Below are positions 40,990-53,269 of a DNA stretch of 64,000 nucleotides, piece after piece. Within the stretch, counting starts at the first letter, position 1; each line of letters starts with the position of its first letter. The notes under the pieces were generated by a model, which was not told the DNA's origin, made no database searches, and saw nothing but the letters and a program-made list of their open reading frames with translations. Source of the DNA: Eledone cirrhosa (taxonomy: Eukaryota); the NCBI GenBank assembly GCA_964016885.1, contig OZ024743.1:331886001-331950000 (forward strand), read 5' to 3'. The translations under genes were made by a program, and so were the position numbers.

Positions 40990-41325
40990 CCCTCTACCTC
41001 AAAGGGTTTTTGGAGTAAAGTTGCCCAATAGAGTGAGTAGCTCGGAGATCAGAGTGTCACTCCAGGTAGAGCTGCTATTCCAAATTGAGAGAGATCACAG
41101 CTCCAATACTATGGATATGAGGTTAGAATGTCTCAAGAAAGAATGGCTGGGCAGATTTTATGAACAAAACAAGCCTGCATGAAACGCAGGGGGTAGACCC
41201 TGAACAAGATGATTGGATTACATCCATGATCTCGGATGGTCTCGCTTGGAAATCCAGCCAGATCAGTTGGAGAATACGGCAGGACCTACTGGAAGACGTG
41301 TTTGAGGATTCTGCCTCCACGACAG
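40990..41325 (+). mobile_element. Old RTE (Expander/Rex3-like) 3' fragment
   Basis: Homologous to 42150-42435. Confidence 0.65.
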
Positions 41326-41707
41326 GTTTGTCAATTCAAAAAGGTTATAGCATATTTAGTAGTGGACAGATACTTGTGAGAATTTGCAGTATTAGAATGA
41401 AGACCCATTTTTAATGTGATGCAATCATAGTGCTGTTCTGTACTTTTTCAAAAATGTATTCATGCTAACATGGAAAATAGACGTTAAACAATGATGATAA
41501 TAATGACAGTTGAGATTACTGTCCAGCTAGTTTCTCTATCCACCTTTTTTTCTTTCTTCTTTTTTTATCTCTTTTTTATTGTTTTGTTTTTTTTGTCATT
41601 GTAATATTTTAAACATATTTTGATAGATTGCCAGAAATTATAATTATTTGAATGCAATAAAAACAAAAATTAATTTAGTTCCATTCAAAAGAAATAATTG
41701 GACTCAC

Positions 41708-41845
41708 CTGATCTCCCAATGCTTCCCGTATTCTCAGAGTTTGCAGACGAAACTTTTCCAGGGATGCCTCCAAAGTATGGCATCTTTGCTGCCAATGTGC
41801 AACAGTGGCAGCGGCGTCTGTACCCTGGAATTCTGCAGCAGCCAT
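41708..41845 (-). CDS. PLEKHH: First coding exon of a PLEKHH1/PLEKHH2 (MAX-1)-family protein, N-terminal coiled coil
   Basis: MAAAEFQGTDAAATVAHWQQRCHTLEASLEKFRLQTLRIREALGDQ resembles the vertebrate PLEKHH N-terminus as recalled (W.KRC..LE.QL..FRLQ..KIRE.L.D); exon 41708-41950 is bounded by a polypyrimidine tract + TTTCAG acceptor and a CAG|GTGAGT donor; 138 nt, phase 0. Confidence 0.85.
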
Positions 41846-42039
41846 AGCCACAGCCAACAACTCCTATTATATCCACAACATCACATCAGTCCCTTTGTGA
41901 GATTCAACCTGTTATCAACCCTGCTCTTTCCTTTTATCAAAGCCACCAGCCTGAAATTAGGAAAAAAGAAAACAACAATCATTAACTCTTAACAAAAACA
42001 AGAATTTGGTAATCAAAAGAAGGGAGGTAAGTGTAAAAA

Positions 42040-42450
42040 CCAAACTCACTATCTTCATTCAGTATTCACGCCAACTCTTAATTATGGTCAGGAATCTTGG
42101 GTAATGACCCCAAAAAATATTGTGAATACAAACGGCCGAAATGTGGTTCCTCCAAAGGGTCTTTGAAGTAACATTACTCAATAGAGAGTGTAGCTCAGAG
42201 ATCAGAGAGTCACTCCAAGTAGAACCATTACTTCTCCGAATTGAGAGAACACAGCTCCGATACTATGGGCATGTGGCTAGAATGTATCAGAAAAGAATCA
42301 CGAGACAGGTTTTACGAGCAAAACCAACTGGCAGGAGACCCAGGGGTAGACCCCTGAAATGATGGTTGGATAACATCCATGAGCTCTGACAGAACCTGCT
42401 GGAAGAAGTGTTTGAGGACTCTGCCTCCCTGACCCTCTCATAAATAAGTG
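42040..42450 (+). mobile_element. RTE (Expander/Rex3-like) 3' fragment
   Basis: ORF 42141-42362 has EPLLLRIERTQLRYYGHVARM...GRRPRGRP. Confidence 0.8.
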
Positions 42451-42452
42451 GA

Positions 42453-42750
42453 CAAAGAAAAAAAAGAAAAAGAAAATAAAAAGAAAAAGAAGAAAAAGAA
42501 AAAGAAAACAGAAGAAAAGGAAAAAGAAAAAAGAAAAAGAAAAGGAAGAAAAAGAAAAAAGAAAAAGAAAAGAAAGGAAAAAGAAAAGAAAAAGAAAAGT
42601 AAAAAAGAAAAAAAGAAAAAAAAGAAAAGTAAAAAAGAAAAGGAAAAGGAAAACAAAAAAACAAAAAGAAATAGATAAAGAACAAAAAAAAAAAAGATAA
42701 AGAATAAAAAGAAAAAAAAGTAAACTAAAAAAAAAGAAGAAAAAGAAAAA
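42453..42750. repeat. (GAAAA/A)n purine-rich low-complexity tract
   Basis: Seen directly. Confidence 0.95.
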
Positions 42751-43691
42751 CTTAACATCCTGCAATGAATTAACAAAAAATATCTTTATACAAAAGAAGG
42801 TTTAATTTAAATGTTTGTAGCATATTTATTGTTGGAGAGATATTAGTGAAAATTTGCATTATTTTAGTAAGATTTTAATATCTAATGTGATGTAGAGAGT
42901 GCTGTTGTGTATCTTCCAAGAATGTCTTACTAATGTGATTTCATGCAGTATGGACCATAACTCCTGAAGGAGCCGTAGGGATGCCATATTGACATCCATC
43001 ACTTGGTAGGGCATTTTTAAGCCTGGTGGAGCCCATCCCCTCTCCAGGCCTGAGTAGAGAGTGAAAGAAAGGAAGTGAGAAAGTGATATAGAGAAAGAAT
43101 AGACCCCAGTACTAGACTGCTACTTTTTTTTATTGATCTCGAAAAGATGAAAGGTAAAGTTGACCATGGTGAGATTTGAACTGAGAGAGCAGAGAGCCAG
43201 AACAAATACCACAAATCATTCTATCTGATGTTCTAATGGCTCTGCCAATTCATCACCATGCAGTACAGGATTTTAATATCATTAAACTGGTTAATAATGA
43301 AGATTGAAGCTGTTTTGTTTTGTTTTTGTTTTTATTTTGTTTTATTCACCAGAAGAACTAATCGTAAATTAAAATTAAACTGCAGCTTAATTTAAAATAA
43401 AACCACATTAACATTTTCATGATTAAAACTTTCATGACTGAAATTACAATTGAACCTTTCTAAATAAATTTTTCACTTAGCATGAAAAAAAAAAAAGATT
43501 TATGAAAGCTGTTAAATTCACTTAAATTTATTATTTCTTCGTCAGCATTTTCAGCACACTACTGGTGACCAGGTCAATGACAGTTCTAACAGTGACCCCA
43601 AAAAAATAAATTATATGGATTTAGCCATATAGTGGCCCCCATCACAAGCTTCTCTATTGTATCATATCACCTGCATTATTTTCACTCACCT

Positions 43692-43922
43692 TTAACCCGT
43701 TAGCATTTAAATCGGACATATCCAGCCAGAATTCTCTCACCTCTTTCTGTTTAAACCGGCTGTAACTGGCCATTTATACTGATGTTACAGTATTGTTCTC
43801 AAAAAAAAAATAATATCAAAATCTCATAAATTCAATATTATGTGAGATAATTATGTAAGGTAAAGCCTTTACCATAAAAATACAATAGTAAATATAGAGT
43901 AATATAAATGTTAAAGGGTTAA
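43692..43922. mobile_element. TTAA-flanked (piggyBac-type) MITE, second copy
   Basis: TTAA-cccgttagcattt...aaatgttaaaggg-TTAA; reverse-complement homolog of 25619-25829. Confidence 0.75.
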
Positions 43923-44204
43923 TTTCTTCACCCATCATCTTAAGTAATCTCTTTCTTGGTTTTTTTCCTTCCTCTACTTCCTTCTGCACTCATTTCCATC
44001 ATTTCTCTCATCCAGTCACTATAATCCTTCCTCGACATGACTTAGCCATCTTATTCCATATCTCTTCCCAACATTCATCACTGGCTCTATTCCTCTCACC
44101 CAGTCCCTTTAATCCTTCCTCAACACACGACCCAACCATCTCATTCCATTTCTCTTCACAACAATCATCATTAATTCTATTCCCATCAATTAAAGAATAA
44201 AATA

Positions 44205-44725
44205 ATTCAGTGTTCCAGCATGGCCACAATCTAATGACAAGCCAAAAAAGAATAAAAAGCATGTAGTGCTCTAGAATTTTCAGTCTAACAACTGAAACCA
44301 GTATTAAAAAAAAATTTAAAAAAAAGTGAATGTGGTGCCCCAGCATGGCCATAGTTTAATGACTGAAACCAGTGAAAGAGTGAAAAAAAATGTGTTGCCC
44401 CAGCATGATCTAAAACCAGTAGAAAGGAATAAAAGAATGTAGTGCCCCAGCATTGCCACAGTCTAATCAGTGAAACCAGTAGTAGAATTTTTTAAATGAG
44501 GTGCCCCAGCATGGCCACAGTCAAATCACTGAAACCAGTAAAATAGAATTTTAAAATGTGGTGCCCCAGCATGGCCACAGTCTAATCATTGAAATCAGTA
44601 AAAGAATTTTTTTAATGACATGCTCTAGCATGGCCACAGTCTAATCACTGAAATCAGTAAAAGAATTTTTTTTAAATGAGGTGCCTCAGCAAGGCCACAG
44701 TCAAATCATTGAAATCAGTAAAAAA
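44205..44725 (+). repeat. ~59-bp minisatellite, about 9 copies
   Basis: Unit gtgccccagcatggccacagtctaatcactgaaaccagtaaaagaatttt. Confidence 0.88.
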
Positions 44726-44965
44726 TAATAAAATAATATGATTGATAGCGTGTGGTGATGTATTCTGACAGTGAGTAGAAGTTATATATGGAATGATGGA
44801 AGGAGAATATATAAAAAATACTGAGTTTAGACATGGTTCTGTTTAATTTCAGAGATTTGACTAAGACAGAAGATAACACCATCATTTGACTAAGACAGAA
44901 GATAACACCTGCAGATTTTTTTTAATTTTTTTTTTTGAAAACAGGAAGACAATATTTATTAAAAT

Positions 44966-44997
<32 letters not shown>

Positions 44998-45001
<4 letters not shown>

Positions 45002-48000
45002 TGTTATATCAGATGAAAGAATGGTATTAACTAATGTATTGGTATGCGATGGGGCCCACCCACAGCCCCAGCGGACAGAATAGAGAAGACGTTTCCCCAG
45101 AGGACAGCAAGGGAGACGCGCTGGAAAAGCCACTCCAACTCGCAGGGCTCACACCTGCGGCTGGCCAGCTCAGCGCCTATGGTGGTGAGTAAGGTGGTAG
45201 CCCTGGGGCCGAGGACACCAGAAGTCTCCACTGCCAGGGGTACGACCAAAACCTGTCGGAGAGCGACCAGTATTTGAGGAGTTTGGCCCCCTCAGCCCGG
45301 CGTGCAACAGAACCTGGGTCAGTCGCAGACATTTGGCCTTTTGCCGTCCCCTCGATCCAGCCCCACCGGCTCGAGCTGGGAAGAGAAGCCTGCAGCGTCC
45401 AAGCCATGCTTAATGACCTCGTTGAGGGCAGCATGGCGTGGAATGCGGCCGGCACTGTGGCGACAGGAAAGCGGGTGGAGGATGAAAGAGTCCACGGTGG
45501 AACCGCAGCGACATTGGTGTGGCTGGCAGATCCGGAGGCCGAGCCTCAGGGAAACGCCGATTCGCAGGCTATGGTTGTCTAGTTGCGTGCCAGTGGAGAA
45601 GGAGGGCAGGGCATGGAGCCAGGCACCACTGTGGGGTTTGGAGGCCACACGAAAACAAGCAAGGCGGTGCTGGTCGAGCTGGCGCGTGAGCCTGTCTGAG
45701 GCCAGGCTGCACTGGATGGCATCCCAAGTGCATTGGGGGGACTTGACGTCAACAGGAGGAGAAGGAGGAGGGACGTCTACTGGGCTAAGTCCCAGCCGGT
45801 CCCACGTCTCACAGGTGGCCTCACGTTCTCTGAACACAGAGGGTTCTGTTGTGTTTTGAAGAACCCTGCTGACGAGGACGCGGCACGAGGTTACCGACAA
45901 AAGATACGCCGGCAAAGCTAGTGAGATCGGGGACCGAATGCCAAGGCCACCATACCTGACAGGTAAAGTGGCCTGTTGCCACCCTATGTCGTCAAACTTG
46001 ACGTTGCATATCCCCTCGGCTGCTGCTCGGATTCAAGCATCGAGGTCAGCTGTCTGGGTGTAACATTGAGCGCTGCGGAGTGTATAGAGGAGCTTCGGCA
46101 TGGCGAAGCAGTTCCTCAACAGAAAGAGCTGGGTGGCCGTCAATCAAGCCGAGTCAGCTCGTGAGAGTCTGGAGCTGTTGAAGCCTGGACCTGATGGTGG
46201 AGCGGATGGCCGCCGGGTGGATCGGTGACCCGAGGATGAGGACATCCTCTTTGGGGTCACCTGAACCTGGAGGAGAATGGACCGCACGTCCAAGACAGAG
46301 GCTGCAAAGCTGGCAGCATCGAGGCTGAGGTACACCACCTCCGACTTGGCCGAGTTGAGTTGGAGGCCGATTCCCGCCAGGGCAAGAATCACCGATTGAA
46401 GGTCTTGGCAGATCGTCCGTACGGGCCCGCCCAATGTAGCATCATCCAGATTATAAACGTTGAGAGGGGCCGTGATACTCTGGGCAATGTGGTCAATACC
46501 AAGGGCGAACAGGAGGGGTCCCAAAGGGTCGCCCTGTTGGACCCCAGTAGCCGGGGTTATGACCGTATCAGCAGCTAGGAGCATGCTCGGGGCTCCATAT
46601 GACAGGTAGGCCAGCGGGTAGACAGAGGGGGCTTGGCTGAGGCAGGCCTCAAGCAGATGATCCCGGCGTAAAGAGTTGAAGGCATTCCTCATGTCAAGTT
46701 TGACAATGAGGTGCCTGGAGTCCCTGGATGCCGGTACCGATGGGCAGCTGCTGAAGAACTGCCTGGTTGCATGAGCGGCCCCCTCACAGCCACCGGACAC
46801 ACCGACACCCAGTTGCACCGGACTAAACTCCTCACCAAGTTCGTGTGTGACGGACTTGCAGATCACCTTGGTAGCCAACCTCCGGAAGACATTTCCCACA
46901 GCAATGGGGCGTATGCCACCCTCTTTCTTCCTGAGAGCGGTGAGGCTGGCCAAAAAAATGAGGCCTTGGGTGTAAGGGTCGAGGGCACTATGGATGAGCC
47001 TATTGGTGAGCGCCATAATTGCATTCAGAAGGCGGCGCCCGGCCTCAGCGGAGAGGGGGGATGTCAACTCCTTGAGGTGGCCTGGTCGGAGACCATCAAC
47101 ACCTCCACAGCTGCTAGCTGGGAAGGACCTGATGGCGGACATGATATTTGCATCAATAGCCACAAGGAGCAAGTGGGGAGTCGGGTGGGGGTATGGGTCT
47201 GAGATCAGTGGGTGGCTCAGGGTGTTTGAGCCACAGAGCAGCCAGGACCTCCTCGGTGGGTTGGAGGAGAGTGTCCTCTGAGGCAACAACTCTGACTGCG
47301 GCCTGAAAGCTTTGCGTTTACCTGGTCATGCAAACACTTGGCACTGGCCTCAGGGGTGTAGGATAGAGGGTACCTGAGGGTGGGGTGTGTGGCGTCCCTG
47401 GGCACGCTTGGAATAGGCGCTCGCCCAAATGAGGAGACATTGGCCTTGATGAAGGCTGCTGTTGACCGGCCGCCCCCGGTCAGCGCCAGAGCTGGGGAGG
47501 CCAAGGGCGAGTGGCTGAGCGATGTTGACCAGCGAGGCTCGGGTGTCAGGCAAGCTCGCTGTCCCATCTGGTGGTGTGCCAGACGACCATGGCTGGGAAG
47601 ACGTGGGGACGAGGCAGCTCCTGCACCTTCACGCTGTGAGGGCATTGGAAGCTCGACGAGTCAAGCCAATGCAGGTGAGGTGGTGGAAGCAGCCGCATCC
47701 CAAACAGTTCCGGCCCCTCTTCCGTAAGTGCTGCAGGTGTCGATTTGTCGATGTATGGGGCATGGGGCTGGGGACTGGGGCACCGAGCGGCATCAGGGGT
47801 GCGTGGCTGACGTGTATGGGTGGAAGGGAAAGTGCTAGTAAGAGGGCCGCATAGCTCACCTATATATATGGAGGTGCCAGAAAACGAGAGCGAAAAAGGT
47901 CTGTATGGAGGGGGAGACACAGGAAGGTAGAATGGCAGTAAATGAATGAGTGAATGGATGTACACACAAAAAAAGGGGGTGACAAGGGGTTGTTCCCAGC

Positions 48001-48050
48001 GGAAAGACCCAGAGTTCAGCACGCACACATGCGAGCAACTTAGCAGTTTA
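44998..48050 (-). mobile_element. CRE-clade non-LTR retrotransposon (RT and restriction-like endonuclease), frameshifted
   Basis: KKEGGIRPIAVG, QLGVGVSGGCE, KLDMRNAFNS, GVQQGDPLGPLLFAL, NLDD; C-terminal GAWLHALP, CRC...HPLSC...RHAALN, DGKRP, VVPLAVETSG; GC-rich; 5' end approximate. Confidence 0.88.
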
Positions 48051-49099
48051 TCATAGGACCTAGTGGCTGGTGGTGAGTCACTGATGCTGGGGTTGGCTTC
48101 CTCTTGTTAATGGTAGAGTTGCTGTTGTTAATGACATTGTTGTCGTCGTTGCCTTCCTCTTGTTAATGGTGAAGATATAGAGCGAAATACAAAATCCACC
48201 AGCAGACAATTATATAAAAAAAGTATCTAGAAATAAAAGTCAACATTTCTGTCTGGGATATAAATATTTGTTTTACATTTTCGCAAACATCGTAGCGATA
48301 TTCTCAATGGACGCGCTTACAATATTTGAATATAACTGAACCATCGTGTCATTTAATTTGAAAAGTGGAGCAAAGTGAATTTGGAGTGTCAATCCCTTGT
48401 GATTTGTTTTGGTTTTTTTTCAATACCGGACTTACAGTTTTCCAGAATTTATAGACTCAATTTTTTTTTTTTTTTCTCCTTCAAAAGGATGGAGGCGTTT
48501 TATCTCCTCATGAAACTGACATTACTTAATGATGTTCGTCATCTATGGCTTATTCATATGTATTATTTCATAACTCTATAGAACTTTTAGAATGTTTGTG
48601 CAGTGTTCTGTGTCCAGTCAGCTTTGTACAACAGGTAAGAAAAATGATGATTCGGTGACGGTTTCTTCTGATAGGAGCCTCTTCCTTGTCGGAAGATCGA
48701 AGTGTGTTTTCTTGTCTTCAGATACTTTCATAAACGGCTTTGGAGATTTAAAACTTATGTTTCATGTGATTTAGTTATAGTTTTATTTTGTTCTTTTCAA
48801 GAATGTCTAACTAATGTTGTTTCATGTCATATAGGACATTAAAAGTTGATTATCTGGATGTCGTTGGTTTTTGTTTTCATTTCCATAAATACCTATAAAG
48901 GTTCCTTGGAGATGATGGTTGAAAACAATTACACGCAATCATGTTGTTCTGTAGGTAAAAGTGGGTTGACTGATTGGTAAAAAAAACAAAAAAAGACGGT
49001 GTTATGTGATGTGGGTACAGGTGTGGTGGGTTAGGTTGTGAGAAATTTTATTTTCATAACATCGTTTTTTGTTTCAGTATCTAGGTAACAGTTTAAACA

Positions 49100-49892
49100 A
49101 GGATAACTGTTAATGTAGTATAGAAAACTGTTATTGTAATATAGACAGCAGTTACTGTAATATAGACAACAGTTACTGTAATATAGACAGTTATTGTAAT
49201 ATAGACAGTTATTGTAATATAGACAACAGTTAATGTAATATAGATAACTGTTAATGTAATATAAATAACTGTTAATGTAATATAAATAACTGTTAATGTA
49301 ATATAAATAACTGTTAATGTAATATAAATAACTGGAAGTTGCCCATAGGTCCTGGGTGGAAAGTCCTACCGAACAGACTGGTGAGCTCGTCGTCTTCGAC
49401 GCCTAGAGTCTCCATGAGCACGTCGTCGCCCTTGTAAAGTATTAACCCTCTATAGAATGTCGAAGTGGAGTCTCCAGTGATTGCTGTGCCTGCTTGACAG
49501 AGGACTGTGAGCGCCTGGGCACATTCAATGTGCCAGGCGTAATATAGATAATTGTTAATGTAATATAGATAACTGTTAATGTAATATAGATAACAGCTAA
49601 TGTAATATAAATAACTGTTAATGTAATATAAATAACTGTTAATGTAATATAGATAACAGCTAATGTAATATAGATAACAGCTAATGTAATATAAATAACT
49701 GTTAATGTAATATAAATAACTGTTAATGTAATATAGATAACAGCTAATGTAATATAGATAACAGCTAATGTAATATAAATAACTGTTAATGTAATATAAA
49801 TAACTGTTAATGTAATATAAATAACTGTTAATGTAATATAGATAACTGTTACTGCAATATAGATAACTGTTAATGCAATATAGATAACTGGT
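49100..49892. repeat. 21-bp minisatellite
   Basis: Unit gtaatata(a/g)ataactgttaat, interrupted at 49332-49538. Confidence 0.93.
49332..49538 (-). mobile_element. Internal fragment of a Tx1-like ORF2
   Basis: AWHIECAQALTVLCQAG...FYRGL...ELTSLFGRTF...MGNFQ aligns with the peptide encoded at about 33468-33674. Confidence 0.88.
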
Positions 49893-49899
49893 TATGAAA

Positions 49900-50325
49900 T
49901 ATGCAACATACAAAGCTGCATGGCAGTGAAAGCTGGGCAATGAATGCAGAAGACATGTAAAGGCTAGAGAGAAATGAAGGAAGCATGCTTTGATGAGTGT
50001 GTGAACACCAAAGCATGGATGAACTGTGAGAAAAGTTGGATATAAGAAGAATCAAATGTAGTGTGTACGAGAGAAGACTGTACTGGTATGGACATGTGAT
50101 GGATATGGATGATGATCATTGGGTGAAGATGTCCTAGAGGAAGGAAGCTACGGTAGAGGATGACCAAGAAGACATGGGCAGAGTTTGTTAGAGTTGATCG
50201 CAAATTGCTGAAACTCACAGAGGAAATTACAAAGAGCTGCAACAAGTGGAGGGATGCTGTAATGGAAAAGACCCATCCAACCCATGCAAGCATAGACAAG
50301 CAGGCATTAAAACAATGATGATGAT
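49900..50325 (+). mobile_element. Diverged RTE 3' fragment with (GAT)n tail
   Basis: Similar to 7340-7720 plus the terminal aacccatgcaagc...gatgatg. Confidence 0.75.
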
Positions 50326-50796
50326 ATAAATCCAGGATGGTTTTAATTTACTTTTTTTAAAACTTAACTTAAAATATCAACAGGATAAAATTTCAGTTGT
50401 ATTTAACGTCTGCTTTCTTTGCTTGCAAGGGTTGGACAGATTTACATAGACCAAGTCAGTACAGAAGCGGGCTATTGAACTCCCAAACAGGCTAGGGATC
50501 TGTAATCTCACTTACATATGGTCTCACCTTTTACCGAGTGCACAGGAGAGGTTGTCATGTCTGTGATACAACTGAAGGGCCCTCCCAACACTGCTGCCAA
50601 GCTGTATCAGCCTTTGCCTTTTCCTTGCACAACATTGGTGGCGTGGAGAGGGAGACTGGTATGCATATGCATGGGTGACTGCTGGTTTTTCACAAAAATA
50701 CCTTGCCTGGGTGAATGCCTTGGAGAGGAACTTTCTTGGTACATGGTCATTCATAAAGAGGCTCAGTATGTGTGTGTGTGTGTATGTGTGTGAAGA

Positions 50797-51083
50797 CTCT
50801 GCTGGTTACGACGATGAGTGTTCCTGTTGATTCGATCAATAGATTAACCTGCATGTGAAATTAATGTGAAAGTGGCTGAGCATTCCACAGATATGTGTAC
50901 CCTGAACATAGTTCTCAGGGAGATTCAGCATGACAGAGAATGGGACAAGGTTGGCCCTCCGAATTACAGATACAACTCATCTTTGTCAGCTGAGTGAACT
51001 AAGTAACGTGAAATAAAGTATCTTTCTCAAGGACACAACACTTATGATTGAGAGCCAAAAACATAACCACAAAGTCACGTCCA
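50797..51083 (-). mobile_element. CORE-like SINE
   Basis: Homologous to 13826-14043, with the gtgttgtgtccttgag core on the minus strand. Confidence 0.65.
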
Positions 51084-51106
51084 TATATATATATATATAT
51101 ATATAT

Positions 51107-51296
51107 AATTGTTTCTACTTTAGGCACAAAGGCAGCAATTACCCAGTGCATTACTGGTACTTTATTTTATCGACCCCGTAAGGATGAAAGGCAAAGTTAA
51201 CCTCGGCGGGATTTGAACTCAGAATGGCAAGGGCCGTAACTCTATGCGTCAAAGCATGGCGTCCGACCCTCTACCGATACTGCCAATCCACCGCCT
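51107..51296 (-). mobile_element. tRNA-derived SINE (ATT-tail family)
   Basis: Reverse complement of 29078-29270. Confidence 0.9.
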
Positions 51297-52934
51297 AATA
51301 ATAATAATAGGTATAAATCGAAGTTGTAGCCACAAAATAGCAGATACCAATCGAATTGTTTAAGGTGGTCACAATGATTCGAAAAGTTAATATATTTTCA
51401 TCCAGAGTAAAAACAAAGTTGACCAAGAAATAAAGTGATCAAATGCATGTGGCCATAGTTTGTACCACAACAATGACAAATACAAAAATACAAACAGGTC
51501 GACGACTAACCTGGACCATTTCGTGTAGATAAGAATAGAAAGAAATCGATAAAAATTTTCAACAGGTTTCTGGGACCGCAGGAAGATGCACCACAAGTTG
51601 CACAATGCATATATATATATATATATATATATATCCATCCAACCCACGCTAGCATGGATGATGGACGTTAAACGATAATGATGATAATATATATATATAC
51701 CTGACCTGATTAACAATGCTGTGTAATCAAATACATATAACAGTATTTCCACTGCAGAGTGTCTATATGTTGGATTGGGAATGTCTGGGCAAACACTTCT
51801 AACTTCTTCACATTCAATAATGCAAAATATAAAATAATTCCTCAAGATCAACCAATTCCTTCTTCGGTGATTGCAAAATATCCTGAATTATTTTGAAATT
51901 ACATCGCTTTTTGGTTCATTCTCTTTCCCCTGGTTCTTTGGGTTTTTATGAATGTGTGTGTGTGTGTCTGTGTGTATGTCTGAGTATGTGCTTGTGTCTG
52001 TCTGTATGTGTGTTTGTGTGTCTGTGTGTATGTATCTGTGTCAGTATGATCTTTGTGTTTTTCTGAGAGAGTGTGTGTGTCTGTGTCAGTGTATGTGTGT
52101 GTATGATCTATTCGTTCTTTGTGTTTTTCTGTGTGTACATGTGTGCAAATGCACGTGTGTGTGTCTGTATGTGTATTATCTAGTCATTCTGCGTCAGTTA
52201 TTCCACTAGAGAACAATGTTTTCATAATGATCATCATTACAATTATTTTCAATATATAGAATAAAATCAAATCATTAATTTTATCCTCAATGTATGTTCT
52301 AGGTGACAGCATCATAGAAAAACAATTCATGAAAAACATGAAAGTGAAGCCATTCAGTTCTGCCATAAATTATCAGTTTCACTGACTATATCTTCATCCT
52401 ACTTTTCATTATTGTCCAAAATATTTTGAAGTGCTCTTTTCAAATTCCCATGCAAATCTTTTATAGTTGACACAATACAAGAGGTATGGCACTACCTACT
52501 GCCACACAGTGACAGAATATTGATATTAAAATCTCTAAAGATACTTTACCATATTCTACTCAGAAATAAAAATTGGTAGTGTGTTACTCATAGCTAATCA
52601 ATCTGTTCCTAGAATCTGATTAAGACTGAATACATGACTACTTTACTTTTCAGTAGAATAAAAGAGTAGCTTAGATTGATTTCAGTTTCATACTTTCTTG
52701 TTATTCACCCATATTCCTATGCTCAAATGAGTTTTCTTTTCATAAGCTTTTATTGAATGTTTGTTTATATGACTGTTGATGAAAGATGGGAATATAGATA
52801 AGATACTATTTATTGACTGACTCAGTATCCCTACTCTAGTGATGCGGACCTGGATAGAGCAGAGGCAGTGTTTTCTGGTATCTGGGTGTCCATGTGAAGG
52901 CCACATCATGGTCTCAGCAGACAGAATGGAGAAA

Positions 52935-53112
52935 ATGTCCCGGAGGATGGTGAGGGAGATACTTTGGAATAGCTATTCCAACTCACTCCTGTGATTAGCC
53001 AAGTCTGTCCCAATAGTGGTGAGTAGGGATGTGATCTGGTGGTCAAGAAAGCTGGAAGTGTCCACTGCCATAGGTTTGACCACAAACCTATTGGAGACTA
53101 ATCAATATTTCC
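52935..53112 (-). mobile_element. Old CRE-like endonuclease-domain fragment
   Basis: Similar to 45085-45280 (gtggtgagtagg...gaagtgtccactgcca...accacaaacc). Confidence 0.6.
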
Positions 53113-53269
53113 TTTAGAACCATCACTATATCTTCTAGGTGTCTTTTTGACAGCACGGTGAAGTGTTCATAAAAATGCACAAAACTTTAACAGTATTAAT
53201 TCTTTGATAATAATTTGGGCTGTCCGCCCAGTATGCAAATGTCCAATATAATTGGGAGGACATTAAATG

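Noticed and set aside
42287-42776. Lys/Glu-rich and Phe-rich ORFs
   Set aside because: Purine-rich low-complexity tract with no splice or homology support
48180-48780. Non-repetitive segment with possible splice donors on both strands
   Set aside because: No reading frame or homology I can recognise; too weak to call an exon
51495-51570. Hammerhead-like CTGTTGA...GAAA on the minus strand, in a repeat related to 55400-55615
   Set aside because: Core mismatch and no convincing stem II or cleavage triplet
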